From a virus: a DNA stretch of 64,000 bases. The notes below the pieces were generated by a model. That model was not told where the DNA came from, searched no databases, and saw only the letters and a list, made by a program, of their open reading frames with translations. Positions 1 through 9,750 of this stretch are shown one piece after another; position 1 is the first letter of the stretch, and each line of letters begins with the position of its first letter. The stretch lies in IMG/VR virus record IMGVR_UViG_3300042401_001747, one strand, 5' to 3'. The position numbers and the translations under genes were made by a program.

Positions 1-1573
1 TAAGTATTTCAAAAGGGTTGAGCGGCAGTTTTTTTATTCCATCACCAAACTCGGCCTGTTCATGGGCTCCAAAAACTATCGATTCGTTGCCAATTTTAAA
101 AACTTGACCTGTCCATATGTATTCTTTTGGAGTAAAGCCTTCCTCCACTACCGGTGAGGAAGAGACGTTTGACGTTTTTAATAAAAGGTCAGACTCAAAA
201 GTGTAGTCACCATCACGAAGAACGTCTTCACCGTCACTATATTTTGCAAAGAAGCCATATTTTCTGAATCCTTTTGCTCCGTAATCCGCTGTTCCGTTGT
301 TTACATAATTAAACCATCTTCTAGTTTCTGCACTGGAAGTAATGTTTGTATCTGGGTTTTTGATAAGAACATGGTCAAGAAGGGCTTCTAGGACTCCTGC
401 TTTTTGCGATTCCTTGCTTGCATTGTAAGAAAGAAGCTTAGTTGCTTCTCCTGTCGGGGGTTCGGAAAATGTAAGGCTTGCGATTTGTCCGCTTTCGTCC
501 TCGATAAATACAGAAAAACCATCTTCTGATTGAGAAGTTTTTATGTCATATCCATCGCCGTTAAAACGAATAGAAGAATACTCTTTGCCGTCCCGAGAAG
601 TTTCTAGAAGTTCTGACGGGTTGCGCTTGTCGTTATAGTCCGCTGATTCGTCGTAGATATTTTGTGCGTTATAGCGCCTAGCTGCACCGCTAGAGAGTCT
701 TCCCGACGAGGGAGTGGCTGCAGAAAATGCTTTTCCATCTTCGCTCAGTGCGTCGCTATGCTGAAGGTCTCTTTCTGGAAAAACCTCACGGTGGGTATTA
801 AACATTTCAGCAGCAATGCCTCTTCGCCTATGGCCGCCGCGTGTATTTATTTGAAAAACTTCGTTTCTGTCTTCTACATACCATGTCTCTAATGCCGCAA
901 TGATTTTCATTTTTTCGTCACCAAGCGCGCTACGTAGTGCATCCTGCATATCTACGTCATCTATAGATAGTGGTGATTTTTTCCCATTAAAAGGGTTTTC
1001 TCCTTGTTGATTAAAATTATCAAGAAGTTTTTTGCGCTTTTCATCTACCGCAGAAGATGAGTAAGCCCTTACTTCGCCATCTTTATCCAGAACTATCCAG
1101 TAGTCTTCTTCTTTACCCTTTGGCTGAGTTGACCTAACTTTTTTTGCAGCTTTTAAGTTTCCATAGTCATAAACTTCAATCTCCGAGAGTTGAGTCATGC
1201 CGCTAGATAGTCTTTTTGGCGAGGGTGTCTTGTCAGAAGACGAAGACGCTATTGAATCCGGAGTCCCTGGCTTTTTCCCTTGACCGTCAATTCCGACCCA
1301 TACTGGCTTTGTTGTTCCCTCATCTGCCCAGCCATCACCGTCAACGTCCATTCTGGAGCCGGTAGGTTTTCTTTTTCCCGGCTTACCGCCCGTGGGGAGC
1401 TCGATATTTCCGAGTCTTCTTCTTTTACGTCCTTCGCCAATTGTCGGTCTATTTACTCCGCGAGAAGCTAAATACTGACCAAGTCGCCCTACGGCCGCTT
1501 TTTCCTCTTGGTTGGCCGCCAGACCGCGTCTGGACTCCTCGAAAGGGATGGGGAATTCATTATCGGAAGACAT
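1..1573 (-). CDS. Large multidomain (polyvalent-type) protein, 3' end beyond the window; GNAT-like acetyltransferase module bracketed by RLSSG motifs
   Basis: Missing from the ORF track because it has no stop in the window. Manual translation from ATG 1573 is open to position 1 (MSSDNEFPIPFEESRRGLAANQEEKAAVGRLG...). GNAT acetyl-CoA motif HRRRGIAAEMF followed by HSDALSEDGKAF. RLSSG at aa 121 and 292. TATTAT -10 lies 8 nt upstream. Confidence 0.85.
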   Translation of the reverse strand, partial: MSSDNEFPIPFEESRRGLAANQEEKAAVGRLGQYLASRGVNRPTIGEGRKRRRLGNIELPTGGKPGKRKPTGSRMDVDGDGWADEGTTKPVWVGIDGQGKKPGTPDSIASSSSDKTPSPKRLSSGMTQLSEIEVYDYGNLKAAKKVRSTQPKGKEEDYWIVLDKDGEVRAYSSSAVDEKRKKLLDNFNQQGENPFNGKKSPLSIDDVDMQDALRSALGDEKMKIIAALETWYVEDRNEVFQINTRGGHRRRGIAAEMFNTHREVFPERDLQHSDALSEDGKAFSAATPSSGRLSSGAARRYNAQNIYDESADYNDKRNPSELLETSRDGKEYSSIRFNGDGYDIKTSQSEDGFSVFIEDESGQIASLTFSEPPTGEATKLLSYNASKESQKAGVLEALLDHVLIKNPDTNITSSAETRRWFNYVNNGTADYGAKGFRKYGFFAKYSDGEDVLRDGDYTFESDLLLKTSNVSSSPVVEEGFTPKEYIWTGQVFKIGNESIVFGAHEQAEFGDGIKKLPLNPFEIL

Positions 1574-1608
1574 TTAATTAAATAATACCATTAGAAGATA
1601 TGCGCAAA

Positions 1609-1962
1609 CTAAAGCCGATTACCGCATTTAGTGCATATCTTGGCCCAAGGATAGAAACGCATCATTTCCATTGGGTGGTCACATTCGAGCAATCTCTTGG
1701 CTTCGGAATTAAGAATGTTTCTAATCCACGCAGAAAGGGTCACCTGCTCTATGTTGGCAGCTTCTTTCCATCTGCCTCTTTCGTAGTCGTTGGTACGAAT
1801 AAGGACCTGTTTGTCTGCTGGACCGTCTGAAGCGTCAATTAAAGGTGAGACAGTGGGTGTCAAGGTTTCTGCAACCTTGTCCATAGCTACGCGAATATTG
1901 TCAAGTTCGTCATTTTCATTGTTCGATATCGTCATCGCTTGGGTCCCTGTAGTTTGGCTCAT
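1609..1962 (-). CDS. Ribbon-helix-helix-like DNA-binding protein with C-terminal Zn ribbon
   Basis: KQVLIRT...RWKEAA...TLSAWIRNIL fits an RHH pattern; CDHP...CTKCG at the C-terminus. True start may be ATG 1935. Confidence 0.55.
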   Translation of the reverse strand: MSQTTGTQAMTISNNENDELDNIRVAMDKVAETLTPTVSPLIDASDGPADKQVLIRTNDYERGRWKEAANIEQVTLSAWIRNILNSEAKRLLECDHPMEMMRFYPWAKICTKCGNRL

Positions 1963-2584
1963 CCGTTGAGTCAGATACTACTTCAGCGTCGATAATCAAA
2001 CCTTCATCTTCTTGGTTTTTTCTAAGAATTGCATAAACAGTCTCCTCTGGTAACACCCCAGAAATCGCCATTAATTCCAGCAACTTTCTTGCTTCTGATT
2101 CGGCATCGAAACCAACTGCAGGCATTGTTACGCCAGGCTGGCCCGCAATAGTCGCGCGAACTGTTTGATTTAGGGTTCCGTCAACGTTTACGTTTACGTT
2201 CGTCTGCTCCATGCCAAGCAATTTCGTTCTTCGGTCCATTATGGAGAGAACTTGCTGTATTGCCTTGAGGTCCGGCTCTATCTGCATTTCTGTTCCATCG
2301 TCACCGACTATGCGTCTGTGTTGCGTCATGGGCCATATTGCTTGCTGCAGGTTGTCTAAACGCTCCAGCTCCATTCTCAAGACTTCAGGGTAAGCGAGGA
2401 TGGCTTCCTTGTTCATCTTTTCAAGCTGACGTTGGATAGACCTGGACACTGAGGCTGAAGAAACACCAAATCTTCTGGCTATTTCATTTACGGAAGTTCC
2501 TGCTTGACGCATCTTGAAAATGCGCATGTCTCTTTCGTTTAGAAACTCTTTAGTAGTAATTGGTTTTGATTTTTCGTCACTCAT
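1916..2584 (-). CDS. HTH DNA-binding protein, terminase small subunit-like
   Basis: N-terminal HTH (SVNEIARRFGVSSASVSRSI) followed by ELERLDNL...DLKAIQQVLSIMDRRTKLLG, a pattern seen in actinophage TerS-like proteins. Confidence 0.55.
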   Translation of the reverse strand: MSDEKSKPITTKEFLNERDMRIFKMRQAGTSVNEIARRFGVSSASVSRSIQRQLEKMNKEAILAYPEVLRMELERLDNLQQAIWPMTQHRRIVGDDGTEMQIEPDLKAIQQVLSIMDRRTKLLGMEQTNVNVNVDGTLNQTVRATIAGQPGVTMPAVGFDAESEARKLLELMAISGVLPEETVYAILRKNQEDEGLIIDAEVVSDSTDEPNYRDPSDDDIEQ

Positions 2585-4422
2585 TTAACAGCCTTAGACC
2601 ACTCGACGACCTCAAATGGAAATCTGACGCCTCTCTTAATTTTAGTAGGCCATTGGCGCTCGTCACGAGCACCTCTGAAATGGCGTACATCATAAACATA
2701 GCCTCCCAATGCCGTTGGGTCTGGCTGAAGAGAAATACCGAACTCTGGCCACCTAGACCAGACAGCCGAACCGAACGGACGCAGGTCCCTGCTTGTCATA
2801 CTTGTACCAAGAGGGGCGTGATGCTCAATCCATAGGGCGCATTTATAGATGGTTCTAATCGTGTCCAAGTATTTTGCAACTTCTAATGCGATTGACTCAG
2901 AAGTTCTGCCACCTGGGTCTAAGAACGCCTTATAAAGAGGACCTATGACCAAAAGCTCAGGCTTGACCGTATCAAGCGCTTCTTCAAGAATCGCCCTATC
3001 GCTAGCCTTCAGCAAATCCATTCCAGATGGACGAGTTAGCAATTCGGCGTTCAGGCGAGACACGCGACCCTGCGACATGGCTTGAAGCGCTATAGAGCGA
3101 CCAGTTCTTCTAATGATTCTGTCTGGGTTTTCAAGGTCAACCGTAAGTGTTGTGATTGGTTTCATGGGTTGAAACGAAAACGGATGTATTCCAGCCGCTG
3201 AAAGAAGCGCAACCTGTCTAGCCAACATTGTTTTACCGACACCTTCGGCAGCAACAACAATAACTCTTTCTCCTCTTTCAATAAGGCCAGGTATAGCCCA
3301 ATCGTAAGAGTCTCCATCGGATTCATTAATAAAATCGTTCCAGTGAACAAGACGGCCCGTATCTAAAGTAAAAGAAACAGTTGCCGTTGCGAGAATGAGA
3401 CCGCTTTTTGCTATCTTCTGTTTATTATTTAGGTCGCTTCTGTCTAAGATTTCTTGAATCTTGGTTAGAGCCAAGTCTTCAGGAGAAAGTTCGTCTGTAA
3501 TCTTTGATTCAGAAACAACTACTTCATTAAATCCATCCGCAGACATTTGTTCCGGTTCTGGTTCTTCTGGAATGTACGGAACTAGTTCGTCAATAGCTTT
3601 TCCAGCCTCAAGGTGGTCCGTTATGTCCTTGTGCTCTGGGCATACCCAGACTTGAGCGTCACATCCCACCGCTTTAAGTTTTTCACAAACATCTAAAGCG
3701 TGTTTTAATCCAACCTCGTCTTTGTCGGCGATTATCTCCACAACTAAACCAGCAAGGGGTTCGGTATGAATATCAAGCCATTTCCCAGCACCACCAGGCA
3801 TGGTTGTAGCAATATAACCAGCGTCAGTCAACGTGTCTACGTCTTTTTCGCCCTCTACAACCCATACGGCAGCATCAAACTTCTTTGAGTTTATAACTGC
3901 GGGAAGATTGTAAAGAACCTTAGGTATATCGCCGAGGCTGTACTCCCAGCCACCTCTAGAGTCGGGCTTTCGTTGACTAAATGTTTTCTTGCCGTTCTCG
4001 TCTACGTATCTAAGCTTTTGGAATAACAGTTTTCCATTTTCGTCCGTGTAGTCGTAGGTTGCTACCAATGTTTGCTTTGTTGAAGGTGTAGGTTTTGCGA
4101 CCACTGGTTTTTTCTGTTGCTCTGAGCTTTTTGGTGGAGAAACTGGACGATAATCTTTGTTCTGTAGATAGTCCGAATCGTCTTTTCGTGGCATCAAATC
4201 TGCAACACTCAAACCAACGGCAGTACATATCTCTTCTACGTTGCAGGACATTCCTCGATGACAGGTAACGAGAACTCGACCATCCATTCCTTGTCCAACA
4301 GAGAGAGACGGATTAGCGTCATCATTTCTGCAGGGACAGCGCGCAATCCATCCAGAGCCAGCCTTACGAACACCATCTAATAAGGCTAGAAAATTTTCAG
4401 TTTCTAAAGAAGGATTTGTCAT
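2581..4422 (-). CDS. DNA primase-helicase (Zn finger, TOPRIM, RepA/AAA-type helicase)
   Basis: CPC...CH.G Zn-binding region; TOPRIM motifs VVEGEKDVD and IADKDEVG; Walker A AAEGVGKT; IEHH and RPFGSAVW helicase motifs. Confidence 0.9.
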   Translation of the reverse strand: MTNPSLETENFLALLDGVRKAGSGWIARCPCRNDDANPSLSVGQGMDGRVLVTCHRGMSCNVEEICTAVGLSVADLMPRKDDSDYLQNKDYRPVSPPKSSEQQKKPVVAKPTPSTKQTLVATYDYTDENGKLLFQKLRYVDENGKKTFSQRKPDSRGGWEYSLGDIPKVLYNLPAVINSKKFDAAVWVVEGEKDVDTLTDAGYIATTMPGGAGKWLDIHTEPLAGLVVEIIADKDEVGLKHALDVCEKLKAVGCDAQVWVCPEHKDITDHLEAGKAIDELVPYIPEEPEPEQMSADGFNEVVVSESKITDELSPEDLALTKIQEILDRSDLNNKQKIAKSGLILATATVSFTLDTGRLVHWNDFINESDGDSYDWAIPGLIERGERVIVVAAEGVGKTMLARQVALLSAAGIHPFSFQPMKPITTLTVDLENPDRIIRRTGRSIALQAMSQGRVSRLNAELLTRPSGMDLLKASDRAILEEALDTVKPELLVIGPLYKAFLDPGGRTSESIALEVAKYLDTIRTIYKCALWIEHHAPLGTSMTSRDLRPFGSAVWSRWPEFGISLQPDPTALGGYVYDVRHFRGARDERQWPTKIKRGVRFPFEVVEWSKAVK

Positions 4423-4430
4423 CTAGATGG

Positions 4431-4754
4431 TCACCGAGGCAGGAGTAGGTTGACGGGGACTTTAGGAATCATAATGATATTTAGTTTTCTTCTCATTTGA
4501 TGCCTCTCACGTTCTGACGCTCCACCCCATATACCAAAAGATTCGTGATACAAGCCGTAAGACAAACACTCTAAACGAACAGAACAATCTTTGCAAATGC
4601 TCTTCGCAAGTGCAGCATCTTTTTTTGCTTTGCGATAATTGTCTGAGAATTTTCCTGGCTGAGATTTGTCCGCCATAGGAAACCACATGTTGAGGTCTTG
4701 TCCAGTGCAACTACCACCCTCGGGAATACTGTCTATACGTTCAATATTGTTCAC
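4431..4754 (-). CDS. whiB: WhiB-family Fe-S transcription factor
   Basis: C...WFP...ICKDCSVRLECL four-Cys pattern and the GIWGG.SERER signature. Confidence 0.92.
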   Translation of the reverse strand: MNNIERIDSIPEGGSCTGQDLNMWFPMADKSQPGKFSDNYRKAKKDAALAKSICKDCSVRLECLSYGLYHESFGIWGGASERERHQMRRKLNIIMIPKVPVNLLLPR

Positions 4755-4784
4755 TAGTAAACCCTGTCTTGCCGTGGGGAGAAG

Positions 4785-5195
4785 TTATTCTCCTGCGATA
4801 CGGATTACATCGCGAGATGAAAGATACACGACTGCGCTGCGAATCACAAGTTGACCGTTGATATCTTCTGAAGCAACATCTACTGCTTCCATCGGAACAC
4901 CTATTCTGGAAGCAATCGCTGCTCTGGTTTTTTCTATTCGAGTTTCTTGTTCTGCTAAATCATCATCGTAAAAAACGTTTGATGGAGAAGGTGCAGTAAA
5001 AGACTTAAGCTCTACTTGCTTTTCTTTGGCGCGCAAGCACCACATGCACGCAATATCACTTGATGAAGCTTTGCGTTTTCTAACATCAATATGACCACAA
5101 GAAAGCTTGTGCTGATACGTTAGTTGTCCCCATGCTCCTATTTTTTCAATAGAAATAATGGCCCTACGTGGGGCTTTTCGTCGTTCTGTTGTCAT
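4785..5195 (-). CDS. Hypothetical protein with putative Zn-binding motif
   Basis: LSCGH...CMWC; same strand as neighbours, tightly packed. Confidence 0.6.
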   Translation of the reverse strand: MTTERRKAPRRAIISIEKIGAWGQLTYQHKLSCGHIDVRKRKASSSDIACMWCLRAKEKQVELKSFTAPSPSNVFYDDDLAEQETRIEKTRAAIASRIGVPMEAVDVASEDINGQLVIRSAVVYLSSRDVIRIAGE

Positions 5196-5222
5196 TTGGG
5201 CGAAGCTTTCCTCTCGGAAAGA

Positions 5223-5549
5223 CTAACGCTTAAACAGTTTTGAAAAGATTCTCTTCAAGGTGCCAACGCGAGCAGGGGCTTCCTTCTTCACAAGGTCTTT
5301 AATCTCGTTTGTGGTGGATGAAATGAAATCTTTAAATTCAGATGTTCCATCAACGAAATTAATTTTAATCGTTTCCAATTCGTGCAATGCTTCATGAATT
5401 ACTGCTGCTTCAACGGCAGGCTTAACGCTCTTCTTCTTTGGAGCCGCAGTTTTCTTGGCGGGAGCCTTTTTGGCGGGAGCCTTTTTCTTGGCTGCAGCCT
5501 TCTTGACTGGTGCTTTTTTTGATGATGTTTTTTTCTTGCTATCGCTCAT
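5223..5549 (-). CDS. Histone H1-like Lys/Ala-rich basic protein
   Basis: KKAPAKK repeats in the N-terminal half. Confidence 0.65.
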   Translation of the reverse strand: MSDSKKKTSSKKAPVKKAAAKKKAPAKKAPAKKTAAPKKKSVKPAVEAAVIHEALHELETIKINFVDGTSEFKDFISSTTNEIKDLVKKEAPARVGTLKRIFSKLFKR

Positions 5550-5641
5550 GGCTAAAACAATAGCGTACGGGTATGTCGTACAGGGTAAAACAACTTTATT
5601 TGTTTACCCGTATTCTGAGGGTCATTGACTAAGATTTTTTC

Positions 5642-6280
5642 GTGGAGCAATATGTAAATGATTTTAGTAAAATGGCACTGGCATTGACCTCGGCCCAAAT
5701 GGCTAAGGATGAAGCGGTCAGTGAACACGGACTAGGAGAAGAGCTCTCGATTCATTTTCTAGCTTGGCTAGACAACACCCTCATAGCGATTTGCCAAATG
5801 AACGGGGAAACTGGCAAGCTTGACCCTGAAACTAGGTTCAATAGATGTAAAGAGTTATGCAAAGTCCTCAGGACGGACTTGTGGTCAACTGCGATAACTA
5901 TGGTTTCAGAAGGATATTGCTCCCTAGACTCCTACAAGACCAAGAACATGGACCTTGCCACCGCTTTTGCTGACCAAAGTCTCCCGGTTTACGAGTGCAT
6001 AACCGTTAGTCATACGTCCATTGATGAAGATACTGACCACGTTTCTCCCGTTTCAATGGTTGCAGCGCCGTACAAGATTGAAATAGGCAGAAAAGTTAGC
6101 TGGAAAGAGGTGTTGGTTTATCCAGAAAAAGCTGACGAATACACTCGCCAGACCAAGTACCCGACCATGCTCCGCAGGGTTTTGCAGATGGACCCAGACG
6201 ATTCCGTTACTGGAGACAATCTAGCCACAGCGACATCCAAGATTTCCGACCTAGGGTTTATAATGCAGAGATTAATTTAA
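5642..6280 (+). CDS. Hypothetical protein
   Basis: 212-aa ORF, GTG start 6 nt after a TAAGAT -10. Confidence 0.7.
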   Translation: MEQYVNDFSKMALALTSAQMAKDEAVSEHGLGEELSIHFLAWLDNTLIAICQMNGETGKLDPETRFNRCKELCKVLRTDLWSTAITMVSEGYCSLDSYKTKNMDLATAFADQSLPVYECITVSHTSIDEDTDHVSPVSMVAAPYKIEIGRKVSWKEVLVYPEKADEYTRQTKYPTMLRRVLQMDPDDSVTGDNLATATSKISDLGFIMQRLI

Positions 6281-6293
6281 GTAAACTTATATT

Positions 6294-6623
6294 ATGTCTG
6301 AATTTTATAATAGTGCTGGATTTGGTGAGTCATCCCTCTTTAGAAATGATGCGTCTGGAATAGATATCCACAGGGCAGACAGACAGCCATGCCCGGTCTG
6401 TGGTCACCCTACTGGAGACTGCGTAGGAGATACTCCCGCTCCGGAGACAATATGGGGATACAACACTTCGTCTTCGCTAGACAACTCGTTAACTTTCTAC
6501 ATTGAAGAAGATTATTTTGAAGAACGTGAAATTGCGCCCGGAATAATTACAAAGATTCTTGTCTTTAAAAAGGGAAAAAACATTCCTTTGGCCACTGCAA
6601 AAGAATACGGTTTCATAAAATAA
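6294..6623 (+). CDS. Hypothetical protein (CPVCGH motif)
   Basis: 109-aa ORF; TAAACT -10 lies 6 nt upstream. Confidence 0.7.
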   Translation: MSEFYNSAGFGESSLFRNDASGIDIHRADRQPCPVCGHPTGDCVGDTPAPETIWGYNTSSSLDNSLTFYIEEDYFEEREIAPGIITKILVFKKGKNIPLATAKEYGFIK

Positions 6624-6714
6624 ATTTCATCGTCTCTCGACTTTTTCTTTATTCGTTTTTGCGCTACACTCATTTACTCACAGTTATTAAGTGACCCCTA
6701 CCTGACAGGAAATT

Positions 6715-8640
6715 ATGAACCTCATTGACGATGAATTTATTGCCTCATACGCGAACAAGCAAGTCCCTTGGGGCTTTAACGGAATGGGTGAAATCGTTTT
6801 TTTGCGCACCTATGGTCGCTTAAAAGAGAATGGCGATATTGAAACATGGGCTGAAACAATTCAGCGAGTTGTTAATGGAGCAATTGCTATTGGTGTTCCT
6901 TACACCAGAGAAGAAGCTGAAGAACTTTTTGACCACATGTACCACTTGAGGTGTTCAGTAAGCGGTAGAGCGCTTTGGCAGCTTGGAACTCCAATGGTTG
7001 AATCTTTTGGTGGAGCATCGTTGAACAACTGCTACTTCACAAACATCGAAAAGATAGATGACTTTGAGTTTCTCTTTAACTACTTGATGCTTGGTGGCGG
7101 AGTTGGATTTTCCGTAGAGCGTTCAAAGATTCATGACCTTCCCAAAGTGAAGTCTGGCGTTGTTATTTCACACGAACGAACAAACGATGCGAACATCATT
7201 GTTCCAGACTCACGAGAGGGCTGGAGCCGTCTACTACATGCCGTATTGAAGTCATACTTTGATACTGGTAAGTCTTTTACTTACTCAACAATTCTTGTAC
7301 GAGAGTACGGAGCAAAGTTAGGCAAGATGGGTGGAACTGCATCAGGTCCTGGTGCGCTTATTGAAGGCGTCGAAGACATTTGTAAAGTTTTGGAAAACAG
7401 AGTAGGAAAGAAGCTTCGGTCTATCGATGTTTTGGATATTTGTAACATTATTGGTCGCGTTGTTGTTTCCGGCTCGTCGCGTCGGTCGGCGCAAATAGCC
7501 GCAGGCGACCCTGATGACGTTTTGTTCCAGCGTGCCAAGAACTGGGGAAGTGGAAACATTCCTGCATGGCGAGCAAACAGCAACAACTCTATCTATGCCG
7601 ATGGTTGGGACGAGATTCCTGCTGAGATTTGGAAGGGCTACGACGGTTCTGGCGAACCATACGGATTCCTTAACAGAAAGCTTGCAAGAGCCGTCGGTCG
7701 ACTTGGTGAAAAGAACGTTGATAACTCAATCGAAGGTTTTAATCCATGTGCCGAAATCGGCCTAGCAGATGGAGAGTCGTGCAACTTGTCCACAATCTTC
7801 CTGCCGAACGTGGAATCCGTAAAACAGTTGATGTCTATCTCTCGTCTTCTCTACATGACACAAAAGCAAATAACACGACTTTCGTACCCGTTTGAAAAGA
7901 CAACCAAGATTGTTCGCAAGAACGCCAGAATTGGACAAAGCGTCACAGGAGTGCTTCAAGCCTCCGAACAGCAGGTTTCTTGGCTCTCCACGACATACGA
8001 CTACCTTCGTGACCTTGACGCCGAGTACTCAGCAGAAAAAGGCTTTCCGAAGTCCATCCGTCTTACCACCGTACAGCCCTCTGGGACGCTCTCTCTGCTT
8101 CCTGGGGTCACTCCGGGCATACATCCGGCCTTTGCAGCCTATTACACCCGTAGAGTCCGTTTTGGCTCGAATGACCCACTTGTGGAAGCCTGCCGTAAGA
8201 GGGGCTACAAGGTTGTCTGGGATATCGGTATCGATGGACGAGAAGACCACACCCGTTATGTTGTTGAGTTCCCTTGTGAATCACCGCAGGGGTCGATTCT
8301 GGTCAGTGAAATGACAGCGGTTCAGCAATTGGAGTGGGTCAAGAAGCTTCAGACAGAATGGGCAGACAATGCCGTATCGGTCACTGTGTATTACCGCAAG
8401 GAAGAACTTGAGGAAATCAAGCAATGGCTTTCAAAGAATTACAACGACAGCGTTAAGTCTGTTTCGTTCCTTCTTCACACAGACCATAACTTTGTTCTTC
8501 CTCCATACGAAGAAATCACAAAAGAAGAGTACGAAAAGACTGTCGCAAAGATTGACTTCACTATTCCGCTTGTTCAGTCAAAGTTCGATGGAGAAATTGA
8601 CATGGAAGATTGCGCAACAGGAGCCTGCCCAGTAAAGTAG
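6715..8640 (+). CDS. nrdJ: Class II (adenosylcobalamin-dependent) ribonucleotide reductase, monomeric RTPR type
   Basis: LNNC, GGGVG, RRSAQI, active-site NPCAEI, TVQPSGT and C-terminal redox pair CATGACPVK; no NrdB/NrdF partner nearby. Confidence 0.93.
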   Translation: MNLIDDEFIASYANKQVPWGFNGMGEIVFLRTYGRLKENGDIETWAETIQRVVNGAIAIGVPYTREEAEELFDHMYHLRCSVSGRALWQLGTPMVESFGGASLNNCYFTNIEKIDDFEFLFNYLMLGGGVGFSVERSKIHDLPKVKSGVVISHERTNDANIIVPDSREGWSRLLHAVLKSYFDTGKSFTYSTILVREYGAKLGKMGGTASGPGALIEGVEDICKVLENRVGKKLRSIDVLDICNIIGRVVVSGSSRRSAQIAAGDPDDVLFQRAKNWGSGNIPAWRANSNNSIYADGWDEIPAEIWKGYDGSGEPYGFLNRKLARAVGRLGEKNVDNSIEGFNPCAEIGLADGESCNLSTIFLPNVESVKQLMSISRLLYMTQKQITRLSYPFEKTTKIVRKNARIGQSVTGVLQASEQQVSWLSTTYDYLRDLDAEYSAEKGFPKSIRLTTVQPSGTLSLLPGVTPGIHPAFAAYYTRRVRFGSNDPLVEACRKRGYKVVWDIGIDGREDHTRYVVEFPCESPQGSILVSEMTAVQQLEWVKKLQTEWADNAVSVTVYYRKEELEEIKQWLSKNYNDSVKSVSFLLHTDHNFVLPPYEEITKEEYEKTVAKIDFTIPLVQSKFDGEIDMEDCATGACPVK

Positions 8641-8644
8641 ACAC

Positions 8645-9193
8645 ATGTCTAAAAATATGTCCTACGAAGAGCGTTTTTTCCAAAAGGTAAACAAGACCGA
8701 ATCTTGTTGGCTATGGACGGGCGCTTTGAATTCCAAAGGCTATGGTTCCATGGGTTTTGAAGGCAAAACTACAAGCACGCACAAGCTCAGTTATTTATGG
8801 TTTAGAGGCGAAATACCAGAAGGAATGTTTGTCTGTCACACTTGTGACGTCCCGCCGTGCGTTAATCCTGAACATCTTTTTTTAGATACAAATTCAGGAA
8901 ACATGAAGGATATGTTCAAAAAGGGAAGAAACCCCCCTCAGACGAAAAAACAGACTCATTGTAAAAAAGGTCATTCTTTTGAGGAATTTGAACCGCTTGT
9001 ATACGTGAAGAAACAGGGTAGGCAAATTGGTAAAGAATACAGAACCTGCAAGGAATGCAAGCGCATAAGTGACTCAAAAAGAAGAGGCAAGAACCTTGAG
9101 TACATGCGCGAGTACAATCTGAAAAACAAAGAGAAGCTAAATGAACAGCAAAGAAACCTGTATCATGCTAAAAAGAATAAACAAAACCCCTAG
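8645..9193 (+). CDS. Free-standing HNH homing endonuclease
   Basis: CWLWTG...GYG...VCHTCDVPPCVNPEHL...N..DM core, plus THCKKGH...CKEC Zn/DNA-binding tail. Confidence 0.88.
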   Translation: MSKNMSYEERFFQKVNKTESCWLWTGALNSKGYGSMGFEGKTTSTHKLSYLWFRGEIPEGMFVCHTCDVPPCVNPEHLFLDTNSGNMKDMFKKGRNPPQTKKQTHCKKGHSFEEFEPLVYVKKQGRQIGKEYRTCKECKRISDSKRRGKNLEYMREYNLKNKEKLNEQQRNLYHAKKNKQNP

Positions 9194-9265
9194 CGTCGGT
9201 GGCCCAAGGGATAAGGCAACAGACTTCTAATCTGTAGATTGCAGGTTCGAATCCTGCCCGACGCG
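9193..9265 (+). tRNA. tRNA-Arg (anticodon TCT, reads AGA)
   Basis: Acceptor GCGTCGG/CCGACGC, D-arm, anticodon arm ACAGA-CTTCTAA-TCTGT, T-arm GCAGG-TTCGAAT-CCTGC; CCA not encoded. Confidence 0.95.
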
Positions 9266-9288
9266 CAATATCACTATAGGATTTAGCT

Positions 9289-9672
9289 ATGAATATCAAC
9301 ATAGGTTCAGACCCGGATTTCCAAAACATCCTTGACCGTTTTGCTGACGGCATACCGGCAACCATTGACTGCGGTTATGGCTGGGCGGAACTAATAATAA
9401 AATGCGATACTATTTTATTTACTCAGGACCCGAACTATACGGTTGCGCAGATAAAAGAAAAGTTTGGTGGACTGCGGTTTTACTTCAATCTTTCAAACAT
9501 GGAAGAATACAGTAAAGTTAATTCGCTGATTCTTGCTATCGAGCAGGATTCTTTCAGCGTGTGTGAGAAATGCGGTGAACCAGGATATCCACGCAAGGTG
9601 GAGACGTCAGGAATGCGTTATACGTCTTGCGACGAGCACGAAATCTATTCCCACATTTCAGGGTTGGGGTGA
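9289..9672 (+). CDS. Conserved phage hypothetical protein
   Basis: GW...QIKEKFGGLRFY...CEKCG motif, familiar from phage hypothetical proteins. Confidence 0.75.
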   Translation: MNINIGSDPDFQNILDRFADGIPATIDCGYGWAELIIKCDTILFTQDPNYTVAQIKEKFGGLRFYFNLSNMEEYSKVNSLILAIEQDSFSVCEKCGEPGYPRKVETSGMRYTSCDEHEIYSHISGLG

Positions 9673-9750
9673 CCCACTGCTTTTTTTATCTTTATAGCTG
9701 TTCTTGCCACAACAACGGCTGAAACAATTGCCGCTAGCCAGTTAATAACG

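Noticed and set aside
662-1471. Short ORFs 662..892, 1249..1440 and 1280..1471 from the track
   Set aside because: They overlap the longer continuous minus-strand ORF <1..1573.
6715-8640. Intron or intein in nrdJ (also checked terL)
   Set aside because: Both ORFs are continuous and of normal length, with no splicing motifs.
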